In this document: one piece after another, positions 37,354 to 38,376 of the stretch | How positions within the stretch are numbered: position 1 is the first letter of the stretch | Layout of the letters: the number at the start of each line of letters is the position of its first letter | Assembly: GCA_036230365.1 (NCBI GenBank) | Contig: JAZAJI010000016.1 | Span: forward strand, 1-38,376 | DNA: 38,376 nt | Direction: 5' to 3' | Origin: Pseudomonadota bacterium | GTDB lineage: Bacteria > Pseudomonadota > Alphaproteobacteria > MED-G09 | Translations under genes and position numbers: made by a program | Notes under the pieces: model-generated | The model's input: only the letters and a program-made list of their open reading frames with translations | Told to the model about the DNA's origin: nothing | Databases searched by the model: none

Positions 37354-37827
37354 TTAATCTATCCCCCAAATATTTTTTTTTCTAATATATCCTTCCAGTT
37401 TATAGAAATTTATTTTACATAGAATATTTTTACAACCAATTAAATCCCCAATAACATTTTTACCTGCTTTAGCAACTACTATGGAATTCAAATTATCTTT
37501 TTTATATATATTAACTAACTTGTTACTAATTATAATAACTCTTCGCTTTTTTGATACCTGACTATCATTAATCCATCCAGTTTCCTGGTCAGGCATTTGC
37601 ACTTCAAACCAATCGCCTTTTTCTCTCAATTTTTTAATTGGAAGGCCAATTTTTTTATAAGTCCAAAGAACTTTGTGTTGCTGAGATGGCCCTGTACGAA
37701 GGTAAGTTTTATCATATTTAAGCGATAGCCAGTCGGATTGAATATTTCCTGAATAAGCAATAGTCGAAAAAAAAGAAGAAATAACTATAAAAGAAATTAA
37801 GTATTTTAATTTGATAATATTTTTCAT
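37354..37827 (-). CDS. Secreted bacterial SH3-like domain protein of unknown function (resembles the alphaproteobacterial DUF1058/SH3_4 family)
   Basis: N-terminal signal-like segment (MKNIIKLKYLISFIVISSFFSTIAYS), followed by two SH3-like halves (LRTGPSQQHKVLWTYKKIGLPIKKL.EKGDWFEVQMPDQETGWI, and a second half ending GYIRKKNIWG). ATG at 37827 is preferred over the ORF-track GTG at 37842. The family call is from memory of the pattern only. Confidence 0.6.
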   Translation of the reverse strand: MKNIIKLKYLISFIVISSFFSTIAYSGNIQSDWLSLKYDKTYLRTGPSQQHKVLWTYKKIGLPIKKLREKGDWFEVQMPDQETGWINDSQVSKKRRVIIISNKLVNIYKKDNLNSIVVAKAGKNVIGDLIGCKNILCKINFYKLEGYIRKKNIWGID

Positions 37828-37862
37828 TTTTATAATAATCACTTATTAAGTTATTTTGTTTA

Positions 37863-38376
37863 TTATAATTTTAGGATTTTATTTTGTAGTGATAAGAAGT
37901 CAAAAATTAAAAGCCTGTTTATTAAATTATCACCATTTCCTATTATAAGCTTGATTAACTCTGTTGCCTGTAAAGAGCCCATTACACCTGCTATAGATCC
38001 TAGAATTCCTATATTTTCGCAATTATACTCATCGAGAATTTTATTTTTCATTAAATGTCTATATGAAGTATTAAAATTTCCATCTGAATCTTTAATATAC
38101 GATTTAAATGTTGATAATTGACCAAAAAAACCACTAACAGAACACATCACCCAAGTCTTTTTAAGTTTAAAGCAAGCATCATTAATAAGGATTCGTGTTT
38201 TTATGTTGTCTGTGCAATCAGATATCAGATCGTATTCATTTATTATTTCTTCTATATTTTTTTCTGAAACTTTTGTTCTATATTTCTTAATTTTTATTGA
38301 GGGATTAAGTTCTTTAGAAAATTTTTCAGCGATATCAACTTTATTTTTACCAATATCATTATCCTTATAGATAACT
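37863..38376 (-). CDS. ThiF/MoeB/HesA-family E1-like adenylyltransferase, 3' portion (5' end off-window)
   Basis: The ORF track starts at GTG 38150, but the same frame stays open to the window edge. It reads ...DIGKNKVDIAEKFSKELNPSIKIKKYRTKVSEKNIEEIINEYDLISDCTDNIKTRILINDACFKLKKTW-VMCSVSGFFGQ..., which is colinear with ThiF/MoeB (D.V..D..DN..TRYL.NDAC......PL.S.....EGQ). The C-terminal GVMGSLQATELIKLI motif also matches. Confidence 0.85.
   Translation of the reverse strand, partial: VIYKDNDIGKNKVDIAEKFSKELNPSIKIKKYRTKVSEKNIEEIINEYDLISDCTDNIKTRILINDACFKLKKTWVMCSVSGFFGQLSTFKSYIKDSDGNFNTSYRHLMKNKILDEYNCENIGILGSIAGVMGSLQATELIKLIIGNGDNLINRLLIFDFLSLQNKILKL

Noticed and set aside
1-38376. Window-wide look for CRISPR repeats, rRNA or tRNA genes, IS elements or inverted terminal repeats, integrases, prophage genes, toxin-antitoxin pairs, and GC-content islands.
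   Set aside because: None was seen by eye. The window is almost saturated by recognisable housekeeping ORFs, and no spacer is long enough (maximum 204 nt) to hide such elements. A computational scan should confirm this.

Overview
This is a very AT-rich (about 30% GC by eye), extremely compact stretch of core chromosome from a streamlined, free-living alphaproteobacterium. It looks SAR11/Pelagibacterales-like, but I cannot place the clade from sequence alone. I can account for 38 protein genes, two of them cut by the window edges. In order they are: dapB (3' end), gpmA, nth, dnaJ-dnaK-grpE (minus strand), rph, rdgB, rsmI, gshB, maeB (minus strand), glnD, murJ, trpS, an Nfu/NifU-type Fe-S protein, a RutE-family nitroreductase, tsaB, rimI, fur, miaB, phoH, ybeY, corC, lnt, metK, trmB, rimP-nusA-infB-rbfA-truB-rpsO-pnp, fabI-fabB-fabA (minus strand), a secreted SH3-like protein, and a ThiF/MoeB-type E1-like gene (5' end off-window). 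By my manual tally of the spacers, only about 1.2 kb (about 3%) is non-coding. Many neighbouring genes overlap by 4-25 nt, and three convergent gene pairs have stop codons only 2-5 nt apart. I found no rRNA, tRNA, CRISPR array, transposase, integrase, phage gene, toxin-antitoxin pair or defence-type gene, and no compositional island. I therefore see no evidence of a novel multi-gene system here. Every ORF except the SH3-like protein has a confident housekeeping family assignment, and the gene order matches what I recall as a conserved alphaproteobacterial synteny block. The points worth a second look are small-scale. They are a near-consensus sigma-32 promoter in front of dnaK, and an hrcA-less grpE-dnaK-dnaJ locus. 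The only convincing intrinsic terminator in 38 kb sits in the leader of the rimP-nusA-infB operon. A perfect 13-nt tandem duplication abuts the pnp start codon. The two long spacers (204 nt and 189 nt) are unexplained, and one carries a thrice-repeated 8-mer. The remaining points are stop-codon-to-stop-codon convergent junctions, an atypical Cys cluster in Nth, a zinc-site-less truncated ThiF/MoeB homologue, and the presence of glnD in a SAR11-like genome. Several ORF-track starts were revised (gpmA, rph, corC, nusA, truB, rpsO, SH3 protein), and the ThiF/MoeB ORF was extended to the window edge.
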